Shown here one piece after another: positions 29,990 through 38,716 of a stretch of DNA of 64,000 bases (positions are counted from its first letter, which is position 1; each line of letters opens with the position of its first letter). The stretch comes from Candidatus Dojkabacteria bacterium. Lineage in GTDB: Bacteria > Patescibacteriota > Dojkabacteria > SC72 > JAFGCJ01. A program made the position numbers and the translations under genes. The stretch lies in assembly GCA_016932785.1 (NCBI GenBank), contig JAFGCJ010000002.1, positions 13,983 through 77,982 of the forward strand. Direction: 5' to 3'. The notes beneath the pieces were generated by a model. It worked only from the letters and a program-made list of their open reading frames with translations. It had not been told where the DNA came from and made no database searches.

Positions 29990-30377
29990 CAGTTTGTGGG
30001 GTGTCGGTCTGCGGCCAGATAGGAAAACTCTCGGTAAAATGTCGGAATCGCTTGTCGCTGAAAGACTGGAGGCTAAAGGGTTCAAGGTCGTTGCTCGAAA
30101 CTATTCCTGCAGATTCGGAGAAATTGATATTGTAGCAGTAAAGGATGGTGTTATCTGGTTTGTTGAGGTAAGGTCGAGATGGATTGGTGCCGGAGGCAAC
30201 TTGGCAGTGAAGGCCGTTGAGACCGTAGGGGCGTTGAAGTTGCAAAGAATATTGAAAACAAGTGATTTTTTTATACAGGAGCGAGGTTTAAGCAATATAG
30301 ATAGAAATGTTTTAGTTGTTGAGGTAAACTGGTATAATCGCAGTCGCGTTAGAGTGAGAATGATACCGGTTTACTGA
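29970..30377 (+). CDS. yraN: YraN family (UPF0102) endonuclease
   Basis: 'RNYSCRFGEIDIVA...FVEVRSR'; conserved rplS-rnhB-yraN order. Confidence 0.88.
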   Translation: MRKVRDSSLWGVGLRPDRKTLGKMSESLVAERLEAKGFKVVARNYSCRFGEIDIVAVKDGVIWFVEVRSRWIGAGGNLAVKAVETVGALKLQRILKTSDFFIQERGLSNIDRNVLVVEVNWYNRSRVRVRMIPVY

Positions 30378-30407
30378 GGTTCTTTTGATTTATTGATGTT
30401 TTGATGA

Positions 30408-30483
30408 GGGGCGCTAGCTCATCCGGTAGAGCAACTGGCTTTTAACCAGTAGGTGCGGGGTTCGAGTCCCCGGCGCCTCACCA
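30408..30483 (+). tRNA. tRNA-Lys (anticodon TTT), CCA encoded
   Basis: GGGGCGC TA GCTC ATCCGGTA GAGC A ACTGG CTTTTAA CCAGT AGGTG CGGGG TTCGAGT CCCCG GCGCCTC A CCA cloverleaf. Confidence 0.96.
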
Positions 30484-30518
30484 CTTTTTATCGAGTTTTT
30501 TGGATTTTTCTGCTGTTA

Positions 30519-31322
30519 ATGTTATCTAAATATGCAATAAATAAGCAAAAGGGGAATATTGGAGAGGCATTTGTACAGTTTTTCTTATCTAGATTTGCGC
30601 TTGTTCATAAGGTGGATGGTGGAAATGATCTTGGTAATGATTTCTTCTGTGAACTATTTTTGGAGGAATATCCTACGAACATACTATTTTATGTACAGGT
30701 AAAGCTTTGGTGCTCTGAGCCTAGGGTTAAAGAATCTACAAAAGATTATTGGAGAAAGGCTCAGATACCTGTGTATTTATTCTGGGTGAAATGTGCAGGT
30801 AAAGAATTCGATGATATTGTTTTGGACGATGCTTTAGATGAAGCTTCATGGGTAGTTAAATATAAAAGAATGACAGCTGAGTTGCACAAAGAAAAGGCTG
30901 AAGGATTTGAAGATTTTGATTTGTTGAAATTTAAGAGAGATTTAATGATTGATTATGCTAGGTCGATGTTTATACGTGGTTTCACCCCTGTTTTTGATGC
31001 GGGAATGTTTTTCACAGAAAAGGAGAGAAGTAATCTTGACCTGGCTAGATTTCAAAATCCCGCGAGGAGCCTCATAAAGGAAGATCAATACGTAGAGACA
31101 GTACTTGATGAAAGCTGGTCTCATTTTATCTCTGTAGCACATTTGTTACATAGAATGTACAAAGAACTTAAGAAAGAAGAATATTTGAAAGGTGCTGAAG
31201 ACTGCATTAATCTTGCCGAAACATTATATGGAATATCTAATGTCACAGATGTTGATCATGTCTTGGCCTATTTATGGAGCGTAAAGAAAGAAATACGTAA
31301 TTCACGAAATCAGTTAGGTTAA
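30519..31322 (+). CDS. DUF4365-like PD-(D/E)xK nuclease domain protein
   Basis: 'KGNIGEAFV...NDLGNDFFCEL...FYVQVK' pattern; start moved to ATG 30519, outside the tRNA. Confidence 0.75.
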   Translation: MLSKYAINKQKGNIGEAFVQFFLSRFALVHKVDGGNDLGNDFFCELFLEEYPTNILFYVQVKLWCSEPRVKESTKDYWRKAQIPVYLFWVKCAGKEFDDIVLDDALDEASWVVKYKRMTAELHKEKAEGFEDFDLLKFKRDLMIDYARSMFIRGFTPVFDAGMFFTEKERSNLDLARFQNPARSLIKEDQYVETVLDESWSHFISVAHLLHRMYKELKKEEYLKGAEDCINLAETLYGISNVTDVDHVLAYLWSVKKEIRNSRNQLG

Positions 31323-31369
31323 AGGGTGCCTAATAAGTATTGATTGTCAATAATTTTCCTTGAAGCCAG

Positions 31370-31477
31370 ATGAGAGAGCAATTCCTCACAGCAATGTTTA
31401 AAGCGATAGGCTGGGATATCAATAATGAACAAGGTTATGCAGAACAGTATAAAGAGGTTGTTCATGGAGACAAAGAG
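31370..31477 (+). pseudogene. Relic of the N-terminus of a type IIG restriction-modification enzyme
   Basis: Translates MREQFLTAMFKAIGWDINNEQGYAEQYKEVVHGDKE, matching the 'REFIDPFFxALGWDxxNxxGYAEAYREVIHED' N-terminus of type IIG R-M proteins; cut off at the next gene's stop. Confidence 0.7.
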
Positions 31478-33049
31478 TTAATCCATATATTCTTTCAAAT
31501 ATTTTCTTAACCTCTTATCCACAACATACACATAAGTTCCACGAATGCCCCGTGTAAGCAATGTTTTGTAAATATTTTTAATGTAGCTTTCAAGCTCGTT
31601 CGGATCAGAAATAGCTCTTTTACCATTAAAATCAAGATATTTACTTTTGTCTATAACAATACTCTTTTTATCCTTGTCATATGAGATTTCCGGCCCAATA
31701 ATAACTCCAGCATAGTTAAGGTCATACCCCTGAATTGTATGGATGCAACCAACCTCATTTACGGCATTCTCTGAGTTGACCCAATCCTTTGTAACGCTGT
31801 TCCATCTTAACTTAACGTCGTCAATTTCTATATCGTAATCAATAGACTCATCTTTTTTGGTTTTCCATTCCCATGAGTACCCAGCTAATAGTCTTGAAAG
31901 TCCGATATTCTTGTCTTGTTCTTTTATGGCATCAACTAGTTCTCTTATATCGCCGAATAGCTTAAGTTCATATTCGTCGAATTTGACCTTCTCTTTCTGC
32001 TCGACATTGAGTATTCGTCTTATATATTCGATATAGTCCTGTCCGCCCCTCACTCTCATTTGGGAAATCAACGCGTATTCTTTCATCTTGTACTTTCTTA
32101 TATGGTGCTCCCTTATATCTGCTGGCTTAATGCTCTGATTTTTGTCGTAGAAAAGAACTTGATGTTTGGAGGAGTTAATAATCCAGTCTAGCTCAGTCCC
32201 CTCTTCTTTTTTGAGGCCTAAGGTTTTGTTTATCCTATCGAAGTCTCTGTAGTTAGTTAGGTTTACTCTTCTTTGTAATCTGTGCGCTTCATCAACAATT
32301 AATATGTCGTAATCGAATTTGATGACGTCGTTTGGTCCTATGACCATACCCGGATTTAATCCTTTTACTGATTTGAAGACTTTTTTTAGTGTTTTCCTTA
32401 GGGAAGTCATAGGAATTACCAAACCAATCCTGAGGTCTTGTGCCCAATCCTGTTCATATAGATATTTCATTAAGTATACCGCCACTATTGTCTTTCCGGT
32501 TCCTGGCTCTCCTGAAACAATACTGGTTTGGTGGCTGTCTTTTTTAATACTTTCCGTTATCTCCTGAACAACATTAAGCTGGTCTTCGCTAAGGCTTTTA
32601 TAGGGAGAATATTTAAACAAGTCACTATTTTCTATCTGAACAAGAGCTTGATTAGCCAGTTCTCTCTTTAGTAGTTCTTTCCATATAACTTCAAATTTTG
32701 CTTGATAACGTTCTCGGTCATAGTAGTCCGATTCTTTAACACCTGAATTACCGTTCTGGAGTAGATATTTGCCATCGCCGGACATGTATTTTATTAAGGA
32801 AGATTCAATGTCTAGAGTAGCCGATTTATTGTACTCGTCATCAGCAATTACATGTAAATTCTTCAGCCTTGCTCTTTCAGGATTTTCTATTTGTTGTTTT
32901 GCCCTATTATAAGCACTTACTGATTCTCCAACATATGCTTCTCTTCCATCTTCGATTATGTATACAATCGGCCAATTTAAGCCAAATCTGTAATCCTTAA
33001 TTTTCTGGATTGTGCTTGGAGTAAAACTGTATTTGGTTATCTCATACAT
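31478..33049 (-). CDS. GIY-YIG nuclease fused to DUF2075 (Schlafen group-3-like) SF1 helicase
   Basis: 'WPIVYII...AYVGES...R', Walker A GEPGTGKT, Walker B IVDEAHRL, QMRV, VGCIHTIQGYDLNY, YKTLLTRG. Confidence 0.9.
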   Translation of the reverse strand: MYEITKYSFTPSTIQKIKDYRFGLNWPIVYIIEDGREAYVGESVSAYNRAKQQIENPERARLKNLHVIADDEYNKSATLDIESSLIKYMSGDGKYLLQNGNSGVKESDYYDRERYQAKFEVIWKELLKRELANQALVQIENSDLFKYSPYKSLSEDQLNVVQEITESIKKDSHQTSIVSGEPGTGKTIVAVYLMKYLYEQDWAQDLRIGLVIPMTSLRKTLKKVFKSVKGLNPGMVIGPNDVIKFDYDILIVDEAHRLQRRVNLTNYRDFDRINKTLGLKKEEGTELDWIINSSKHQVLFYDKNQSIKPADIREHHIRKYKMKEYALISQMRVRGGQDYIEYIRRILNVEQKEKVKFDEYELKLFGDIRELVDAIKEQDKNIGLSRLLAGYSWEWKTKKDESIDYDIEIDDVKLRWNSVTKDWVNSENAVNEVGCIHTIQGYDLNYAGVIIGPEISYDKDKKSIVIDKSKYLDFNGKRAISDPNELESYIKNIYKTLLTRGIRGTYVYVVDKRLRKYLKEYMD

Positions 33050-33066
33050 AATTTTCGATCAGTTTT

Positions 33067-33384
33067 TTAGAGTTTTGTATATTTTTTGCTTGTTCCCTTA
33101 GCCTTCTCTACCGGGTATTTTTTGCTGTTTTGTTCGATTTTTTTTTGAACGATTTCGTCAATGTTAACATCGAGTGTTTCTGCTAGCAGTGCGATATATA
33201 TTAATATGTCGGCTAATTCCTCGATCACTTCTTTCTTGTCATACTTGGAGGTCCATTGAAAGCATTCTAGTAATTCTCCTGCCTCTATTGATATTGATTT
33301 GGCAAGATTTTCTTCTGAATGGAACTGTTTCCAATCTCTATCATCTCTAAATTTAATGAGTTTCTCTATGATTTCTCTTTTCAT
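33067..33384 (-). CDS. MazG-like nucleotide pyrophosphohydrolase (DCTPP1-like)
   Basis: 'RDWKQFHSEENLAKSISIEAGELLECFQW...EELADILIY...NSKKYP'; 17 nt upstream of the helicase gene. Confidence 0.92.
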   Translation of the reverse strand: MKREIIEKLIKFRDDRDWKQFHSEENLAKSISIEAGELLECFQWTSKYDKKEVIEELADILIYIALLAETLDVNIDEIVQKKIEQNSKKYPVEKAKGTSKKYTKL

Positions 33385-33624
33385 TAAAATTTCATTAAGA
33401 ATTGTTTTTTTTAATTCTAGCATAATGTGTGGGTTTACTAAACAAAGGAGATACAGTAATGAAGGTCTATCAGTTGTAATAGGTTAGCAAATATTCTCTC
33501 AACATGGTTCGATTTCTTTCCCCAGTTCCTACCCCTACCCCATCCCCACCCTCACCTCCGCTCCCCGCCCAAATATTTTTCTATGCTACAATGAAGTTGT
33601 ACTAACCTAATCGCTTCACCCACC

Positions 33625-33939
33625 ATGAACAAAATCACTCTCGGTATTATCTGCGGACTAGCCTTTGGAATTCTCGATGTTCTCATAATGATCCCTATGC
33701 CTGAAAAAGATAAACGTAAAAAGACTGAAGCCATGATTGGAGCTTTCCTCGAGCGATTCATGGTCGGATTGATAATTCCGAATTTAAATCTCGGAACCGG
33801 ATACGTAGTTACTGGTATCATTGTTGGACTTGGGCTTAGTGTCCCTACTGCGGTTATTACTCGGGCTTATGCCCCTATCATCGGGATCGGCGTTGTTGGC
33901 GGTTTGATTATTGGGCTAATTTCTAATGCTGTAATATAA
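33625..33939 (+). CDS. Small four-TM membrane protein
   Basis: 104 aa, hydrophobic Gly-rich helices; TGnTACAAT upstream. Confidence 0.7.
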   Translation: MNKITLGIICGLAFGILDVLIMIPMPEKDKRKKTEAMIGAFLERFMVGLIIPNLNLGTGYVVTGIIVGLGLSVPTAVITRAYAPIIGIGVVGGLIIGLISNAVI

Positions 33940-33951
33940 CACGGTAATATA

Positions 33952-34209
33952 ATGCGGCAATATTCAAAGTTTACAGACAACAAGGATCCTGTAGTCGCTG
34001 TACTCCTTGATCGACTGTTTCAGGTTCTTGATGAAATCACGGGCGGTGAATATGAAGTGGAAGGTAAAAAACCTATCTCACTTATTGATGGAAAAGCTCT
34101 GGTGGATCGGACTCTAAATCATTTCTCGGAGATTGATACGAAGTATCAAAAGATAATTGGGGTTAAGGAGAAACAAGTAGCCATTGGTGACAAATTTGAA
34201 TTTGTATAG
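33952..34209 (+). pseudogene. Short ORF resembling the C-terminus of an Mrr-type restriction endonuclease (probable relic)
   Basis: 'PISLIDGKALVDRTLNHFSEIDTKYQKIIGVK' resembles the Mrr C-terminal 'IxLIDGxxLVxLxxxHYxxLxxxYxxLIxLK' segment; no catalytic core. Confidence 0.45.
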
Positions 34210-34235
34210 TACTCTAATTTAGTAGTATATAGATA

Positions 34236-34970
34236 GTGCAAAAATCTTACAAAAACCTAGCAAAATACTACGATCTCTGCTTTCAGCAAAAAGATTACCA
34301 GAAGGAGGTAGATTTCATATTGGAACTTGTTGATAAATATGGCATCAATAAAGAATCAATCCTAGATGTTGGTTGTGGGACCGGGACACATCTTTGCCTT
34401 CTGAAAAACCATTTTGACAATCTCTATGGCGTCGATTTAAACAAGGAAATTCTTGAAATCGCAAAAACCAAGGTTCCTGGCGCTCATTTTCTCAATGCAG
34501 GAATGTCCGACTTTAAGATTAAAGAGAAGTTTGATGTCATTACCTCTTTATATTCAGTTTTTAACTACAATAAAGATGTGGATTCTGCCACTAAGACGCT
34601 GCAGAATTTCCATAAGCACTTACAGGAAAAAGGAGTTGTAATAATTGCTCTGTATAACGAAAGAACTACTGATAAGAAAATTTCCCTTCATGTGGGTAAA
34701 GATGACGATACAAAAGTGGCAAAGATAGATCAGTTCAGGTATATACCTAAGGACAAAACTGTGAAATCCGAACATTTAGTTCTGATTAAAGACAATGAAG
34801 AGATAGATTTTGAAGTTGAGGATGATGATATTTATAGGATTTTTGATTTTGATGAAATAGAGAGTATGGTAAAGGAGTCAGGATTTTCGAATAGCGAGAT
34901 ATATGATAGGTTTTCGTTCGATAAAGCGGCAAATAAGTCTAAATTTCCTGTGTTGGTGTTAAGGAGGTGA
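34236..34970 (+). CDS. Class I SAM-dependent methyltransferase
   Basis: 'LAKYYD...ILDVGCGTG...GVDLN...FDVIT'. Confidence 0.92.
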   Translation: MQKSYKNLAKYYDLCFQQKDYQKEVDFILELVDKYGINKESILDVGCGTGTHLCLLKNHFDNLYGVDLNKEILEIAKTKVPGAHFLNAGMSDFKIKEKFDVITSLYSVFNYNKDVDSATKTLQNFHKHLQEKGVVIIALYNERTTDKKISLHVGKDDDTKVAKIDQFRYIPKDKTVKSEHLVLIKDNEEIDFEVEDDDIYRIFDFDEIESMVKESGFSNSEIYDRFSFDKAANKSKFPVLVLRR

Positions 34971-34991
34971 GTATGCACATAACTCATCCCT

Positions 34992-35144
34992 CTCAAGATG
35001 TGTAATATCAAGGGCTTGGTTACAGAGGGCCCGTGCCTTTTGAGCAGTTATCCCTTTAAGTAGTTGTGAATATGGTAGTTGAAGATCAGCTATAGGTGAC
35101 GTGAATTAATTATATCATATGTAGCGAGTACATATTATAGGATA
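34992..35144 (-). pseudogene. Decayed duplicate of the promoter and 5' end of the 36876-37697 gene
   Basis: Shares cagagggcccgtgcct and tggtagttgaagatcagctataggtgac with 37587-37740; start codon changed from ATG to ACG. Confidence 0.85.
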
Positions 35145-35316
35145 ACAAAGTCTTTTGCTGATGGAAGTTCCTCTTTTGTGGTATAATGCACCAGTTCGAA
35201 ACAAAGTAGGACTTTTGTGAATTTGTTTGTCTCCCCTTCAGAGTAAATCTTAATTCCCAGGTAACTATTTTGGCATGACCGGAATTACCGGGAATTAAAT
35301 TCTACATAATAATACA

Positions 35317-36513
35317 GTGAGTAAATACAATTATAACCACAGAAATCGTGGATACAATGACTATGCAAAGCGAAACGGAAGACGTCGTGGGGGGCGTAAT
35401 AGCTTTCATGGGAGTAAGATTGATCCCAAAAAATATGTCTCAAGTGCTGAGGCTGGACCATCGTGCTCTATTTATCAGGATGACTGCAAATTTGAAGATT
35501 TCAACGTTGCTTCGGTGATCCAGTCGAATATCAGAGCTAAGAATTTCAGCCAACCGACAAAGATACAAGCCCAGGCAATTCCATATGTACTTTCCGGTAA
35601 GGATATTTTGGGATTAGCGGGAACTGGATCTGGTAAAACTGCGGCTTTTCTCGTTCCGATGATTGATAAGGCTCTCAAAGATCGTGGTCAGAAGATCTTG
35701 ATTGTCACTCCAACAAGAGAGCTTGCCGCCCAGATTAGAGATGAATTTGTTACTTTCTCAAAAGGAACGAATCTCAGGTCGGCCGTTGTTATCGGAGGTG
35801 CAAGTATGGGGAAACAAATTTCGGTATTGAAGCAAAACCCTCAGTTTGTTATTGCTACTCCTGGAAGATTGAAAGATCTTTCTCAAAGGGGGGTGATTCA
35901 TTTTGATGTATTTAACAATATTGTACTTGATGAGGTGGATAGGATGCTCGATATGGGTTTTGTCCATGAGATAAAGCAAGTTATTTCAAAATTGAGCCAA
36001 AACAAGCAGTCGATGTTTTTTTCAGCTACTATGAATCCTAAGATCGAGGAAATTGCCAGATCGTTACTTAGGGATCCTGTGAAAATTCAGGTTGAGAGGC
36101 TTTCTTTAAAGAGAAACGTGGAACAGAATGTCGTTAAAGTTAGACCAGAAGAGAAAATTGAGAAGCTCCATGATCTGCTGAATGGCGAAGATTTTCACAA
36201 AGTTCTGATCTTTTCGAGGACTAAATATGGCTCTGATAAACTTTCAAAGACGCTTTTAAAAAGAGGCTTTTGTGTAGATTCGATACATGGTGGCAAAACA
36301 CAGTCAAGAAGAGAAAGAGTAATACGTAAGTTTCGTCAGGATGAGATTAAGATTCTCGTTGCAACAGATGTTGCTGCAAGAGGATTGGATATTGACGATA
36401 TTACCCATGTTATAAACTACGACGAGCCGAATTGTTATGATGACTATATTCACAGGATCGGCCGTACTGGCAGAGCCGGGAAAAAAGGTAACGCGCTCAC
36501 ATTTGTTGGGTAG
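35317..36513 (+). CDS. DEAD-box RNA helicase (RhlE-like)
   Basis: PTKIQ, GTGSGKT, PTRELA, TPGRL, DEVD, SAT, ARGLD, HRIGRTGR. Confidence 0.96.
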   Translation: MSKYNYNHRNRGYNDYAKRNGRRRGGRNSFHGSKIDPKKYVSSAEAGPSCSIYQDDCKFEDFNVASVIQSNIRAKNFSQPTKIQAQAIPYVLSGKDILGLAGTGSGKTAAFLVPMIDKALKDRGQKILIVTPTRELAAQIRDEFVTFSKGTNLRSAVVIGGASMGKQISVLKQNPQFVIATPGRLKDLSQRGVIHFDVFNNIVLDEVDRMLDMGFVHEIKQVISKLSQNKQSMFFSATMNPKIEEIARSLLRDPVKIQVERLSLKRNVEQNVVKVRPEEKIEKLHDLLNGEDFHKVLIFSRTKYGSDKLSKTLLKRGFCVDSIHGGKTQSRRERVIRKFRQDEIKILVATDVAARGLDIDDITHVINYDEPNCYDDYIHRIGRTGRAGKKGNALTFVG

Positions 36514-36637
36514 ATTAATTGCTTGTATTTCCTATGTTGTTAAACCTTCTTGCAATAACCTCGAGATCATCGATGAGATAGATAACGGTGTTAGAGCCCG
36601 TTTTCCGGCGGGTCACCATTTCTCTACTTAGTGAAAT

Positions 36638-36862
36638 TTGCTCAAAGAAGTAATTACTTATAGGGTATTTACAGCTCAAAGAGAGTCGAGAGAGACAATC
36701 AATACTGTAATTTTATTAGAGAACGGTCAATTAGTAGAAGACAGATCATCAGTAAAAATGAATCCTGGTTTTCGTGATGAACGAATTGTCGGTGGAGCAG
36801 ATGATGCCGTTGATTTCACAGAACGAATGGTTGAAAAACTAAAATCGATTGGTGCTGCTTAA
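36638..36862 (+). CDS. Small hypothetical protein, possibly the remnant of a longer gene
   Basis: 74-aa ORF with TTG start; same frame continues upstream beyond tandem TAG TGA stops. Confidence 0.4.
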   Translation: MLKEVITYRVFTAQRESRETINTVILLENGQLVEDRSSVKMNPGFRDERIVGGADDAVDFTERMVEKLKSIGAA

Positions 36863-36875
36863 TACTTTCCGGGAT

Positions 36876-37697
36876 CTATTCAAACTCTCTCTCATAGGGT
36901 CTATTTTGCCTGATCCAGACTTCGGCCTCTCCGTCTCTGGTCAGGGGATCCTCGTTTAGAACAGCTTCAGCTGTAAGAGCGAGGTAATCCCTTACTCCCT
37001 CCGGCAGTACTTCACCTTCTGTTCGACAATCAAATTCCACTGAAAAATCTGCGTCAGCATCAAGAGTTGTAATGACTTCTGTTTTAATGCCGTCAATAGG
37101 AATTCCCAGTATTTTAGAAAATCTTGTTGCTACCTCTGTAGTGACGCGTTGAAATTGTTCGGTTTCTTTCTGTGATTCAGTCATATGTTCTGGACTAGAA
37201 ATTTCTCCGCTTAATAAATGAGCATTTGGAGAGAGAAAAAGTCTGATCTGGGGATTTCTTACTGCTGAGCCCCATCTACGCATTTCATCTTCTGTGAGTG
37301 TAGGAACTGGGTCTGGTGCGTCTTTTCTCCTTAGCATCCAAGCGGTTTCATCCCATACTCTAATGACGGTTCCTAGACCTGGGATTCCAGATTCCTTACA
37401 TAATTCCTGTATTTGTGTCCCAGCTGCGCTGATTTGTTCTTCGTTGGGACGAAAATCAACTCCTTCTTCATAAGTTCCGACACCCGCGGTTAGTTCTATT
37501 GCAAGAACTGTTCCGTCAGTTGCCTCTTTAGCTCCTTTCCCGACTCGTACCTCTCGATCATCTGGATCTAGCGTGTCTATTCCTAGCTCACGATGAGTTA
37601 TATCCAGGGCTTGGTCGCAGAGGGCCCGTGCCTGTTGTGGAGTTACCCCTTTAGGGAGTTGTGAATCTGGTAGTTGAAGATCAGCTATAGGTGACAT
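36876..37697 (-). CDS. Hypothetical protein with two internally similar halves
   Basis: 273-aa ORF; leaderless TGnTATAAT 6 nt upstream of ATG. Confidence 0.7.
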   Translation of the reverse strand: MSPIADLQLPDSQLPKGVTPQQARALCDQALDITHRELGIDTLDPDDREVRVGKGAKEATDGTVLAIELTAGVGTYEEGVDFRPNEEQISAAGTQIQELCKESGIPGLGTVIRVWDETAWMLRRKDAPDPVPTLTEDEMRRWGSAVRNPQIRLFLSPNAHLLSGEISSPEHMTESQKETEQFQRVTTEVATRFSKILGIPIDGIKTEVITTLDADADFSVEFDCRTEGEVLPEGVRDYLALTAEAVLNEDPLTRDGEAEVWIRQNRPYEREFE

Positions 37698-37821
37698 GGT
37701 GCAATTATATCATAGGAGATAGAGTTTATGTTATGGGATAGTAGGGTTTTGGTTTGCGTGGGTTTGTCTTGTGGGGCGTGGCTGGTGTGTTGTAATTTTG
37801 CTTTCCACTATTTCGTATGTC

Positions 37822-38601
37822 TTAATTCAGCTTTGCAAGGATCTTGTTTAGTACTGTCTCGCTTTTTGCCATTACGACTGTTGGAAGTAACTTTATGAAT
37901 TTTTTAAACTCAAAGTTCTTGCCATCTAATGTCTTTATTTTGTATCCAAGCTCTTGTGCAAGAATTATTCCTGGTAGTAAATCCTCAGTTTCATTTTTTA
38001 TTGCCACTATTGCGTCTGTTTGTCCTCTAAGTAATAGGAGTGCATCGTATGATGGACACCATAGGGAGAGTATTCTTTTAAAGTCTTTTTTCAGTTTTTT
38101 CTTTGCTTTTTCCTGTTCTTTCTGAGCTGCGTATCCTCCTATTAACGATATAATACCTGTTTCCTTTGAATCGGGCTTTGTTGGCGATTTACCATTTATT
38201 GTAACGCCATCGTCTTTCACTGCTTGCACAAAAATATCTAGAATTGGGTAATAAAATGCAGAAAACCCAGTTCCGTTATCACCAATGAATGTTGCAGTAA
38301 TAGAAAATATAGGCAATCCAGCCAGATAATTGCTTGTTCCATCAAGCGGATCAAGCACCCACAGGTTATTTTGACCTTTTGAAAGGCCCATTTCTTCTGA
38401 ATAGATTGAGTCTTTAGGGAATCTCTGCTTTATTCCAGTTACTATTGTTTTTTCGGCATAAATATCTGCCTCTGTCTGTTGATTGAAGTTTCCTTTGTCT
38501 TTATATTCGTGAGGGAGACCAAACTGTGTGGCTATTTGGTCCCCTACTAATTTTGATATGTCATTAAATAGGCTTAATCTCTCTTTAATCTGTTCTATCA
38601 T
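37822..38601 (-). CDS. Inositol monophosphatase family protein
   Basis: TEADIYAE, SEE, WVLDPLDGTSNY. Confidence 0.92.
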   Translation of the reverse strand: MIEQIKERLSLFNDISKLVGDQIATQFGLPHEYKDKGNFNQQTEADIYAEKTIVTGIKQRFPKDSIYSEEMGLSKGQNNLWVLDPLDGTSNYLAGLPIFSITATFIGDNGTGFSAFYYPILDIFVQAVKDDGVTINGKSPTKPDSKETGIISLIGGYAAQKEQEKAKKKLKKDFKRILSLWCPSYDALLLLRGQTDAIVAIKNETEDLLPGIILAQELGYKIKTLDGKNFEFKKFIKLLPTVVMAKSETVLNKILAKLN

Positions 38602-38716
38602 GAGAATACTTTACTATCAGTGGTAGTTAATTTCAATACTTAATTTCTATTTTCAGTACTATCTGGAATCGTGCTATTATGAATAGTAATAAGATTAATT
38701 TATTAATCTAACTATT

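Noticed and set aside
30453-30518. ORF-track start of the DUF4365 gene
   Set aside because: Lies inside tRNA-Lys; ATG 30519 is the plausible start.
36605-36618. CCGGCGGGTCACCA resembling the tRNA-Lys 3' end (possible attR)
   Set aside because: Only 12 of 14 bases match, no integrase is present, and it lies in what looks like decayed coding frame; compatible with chance.
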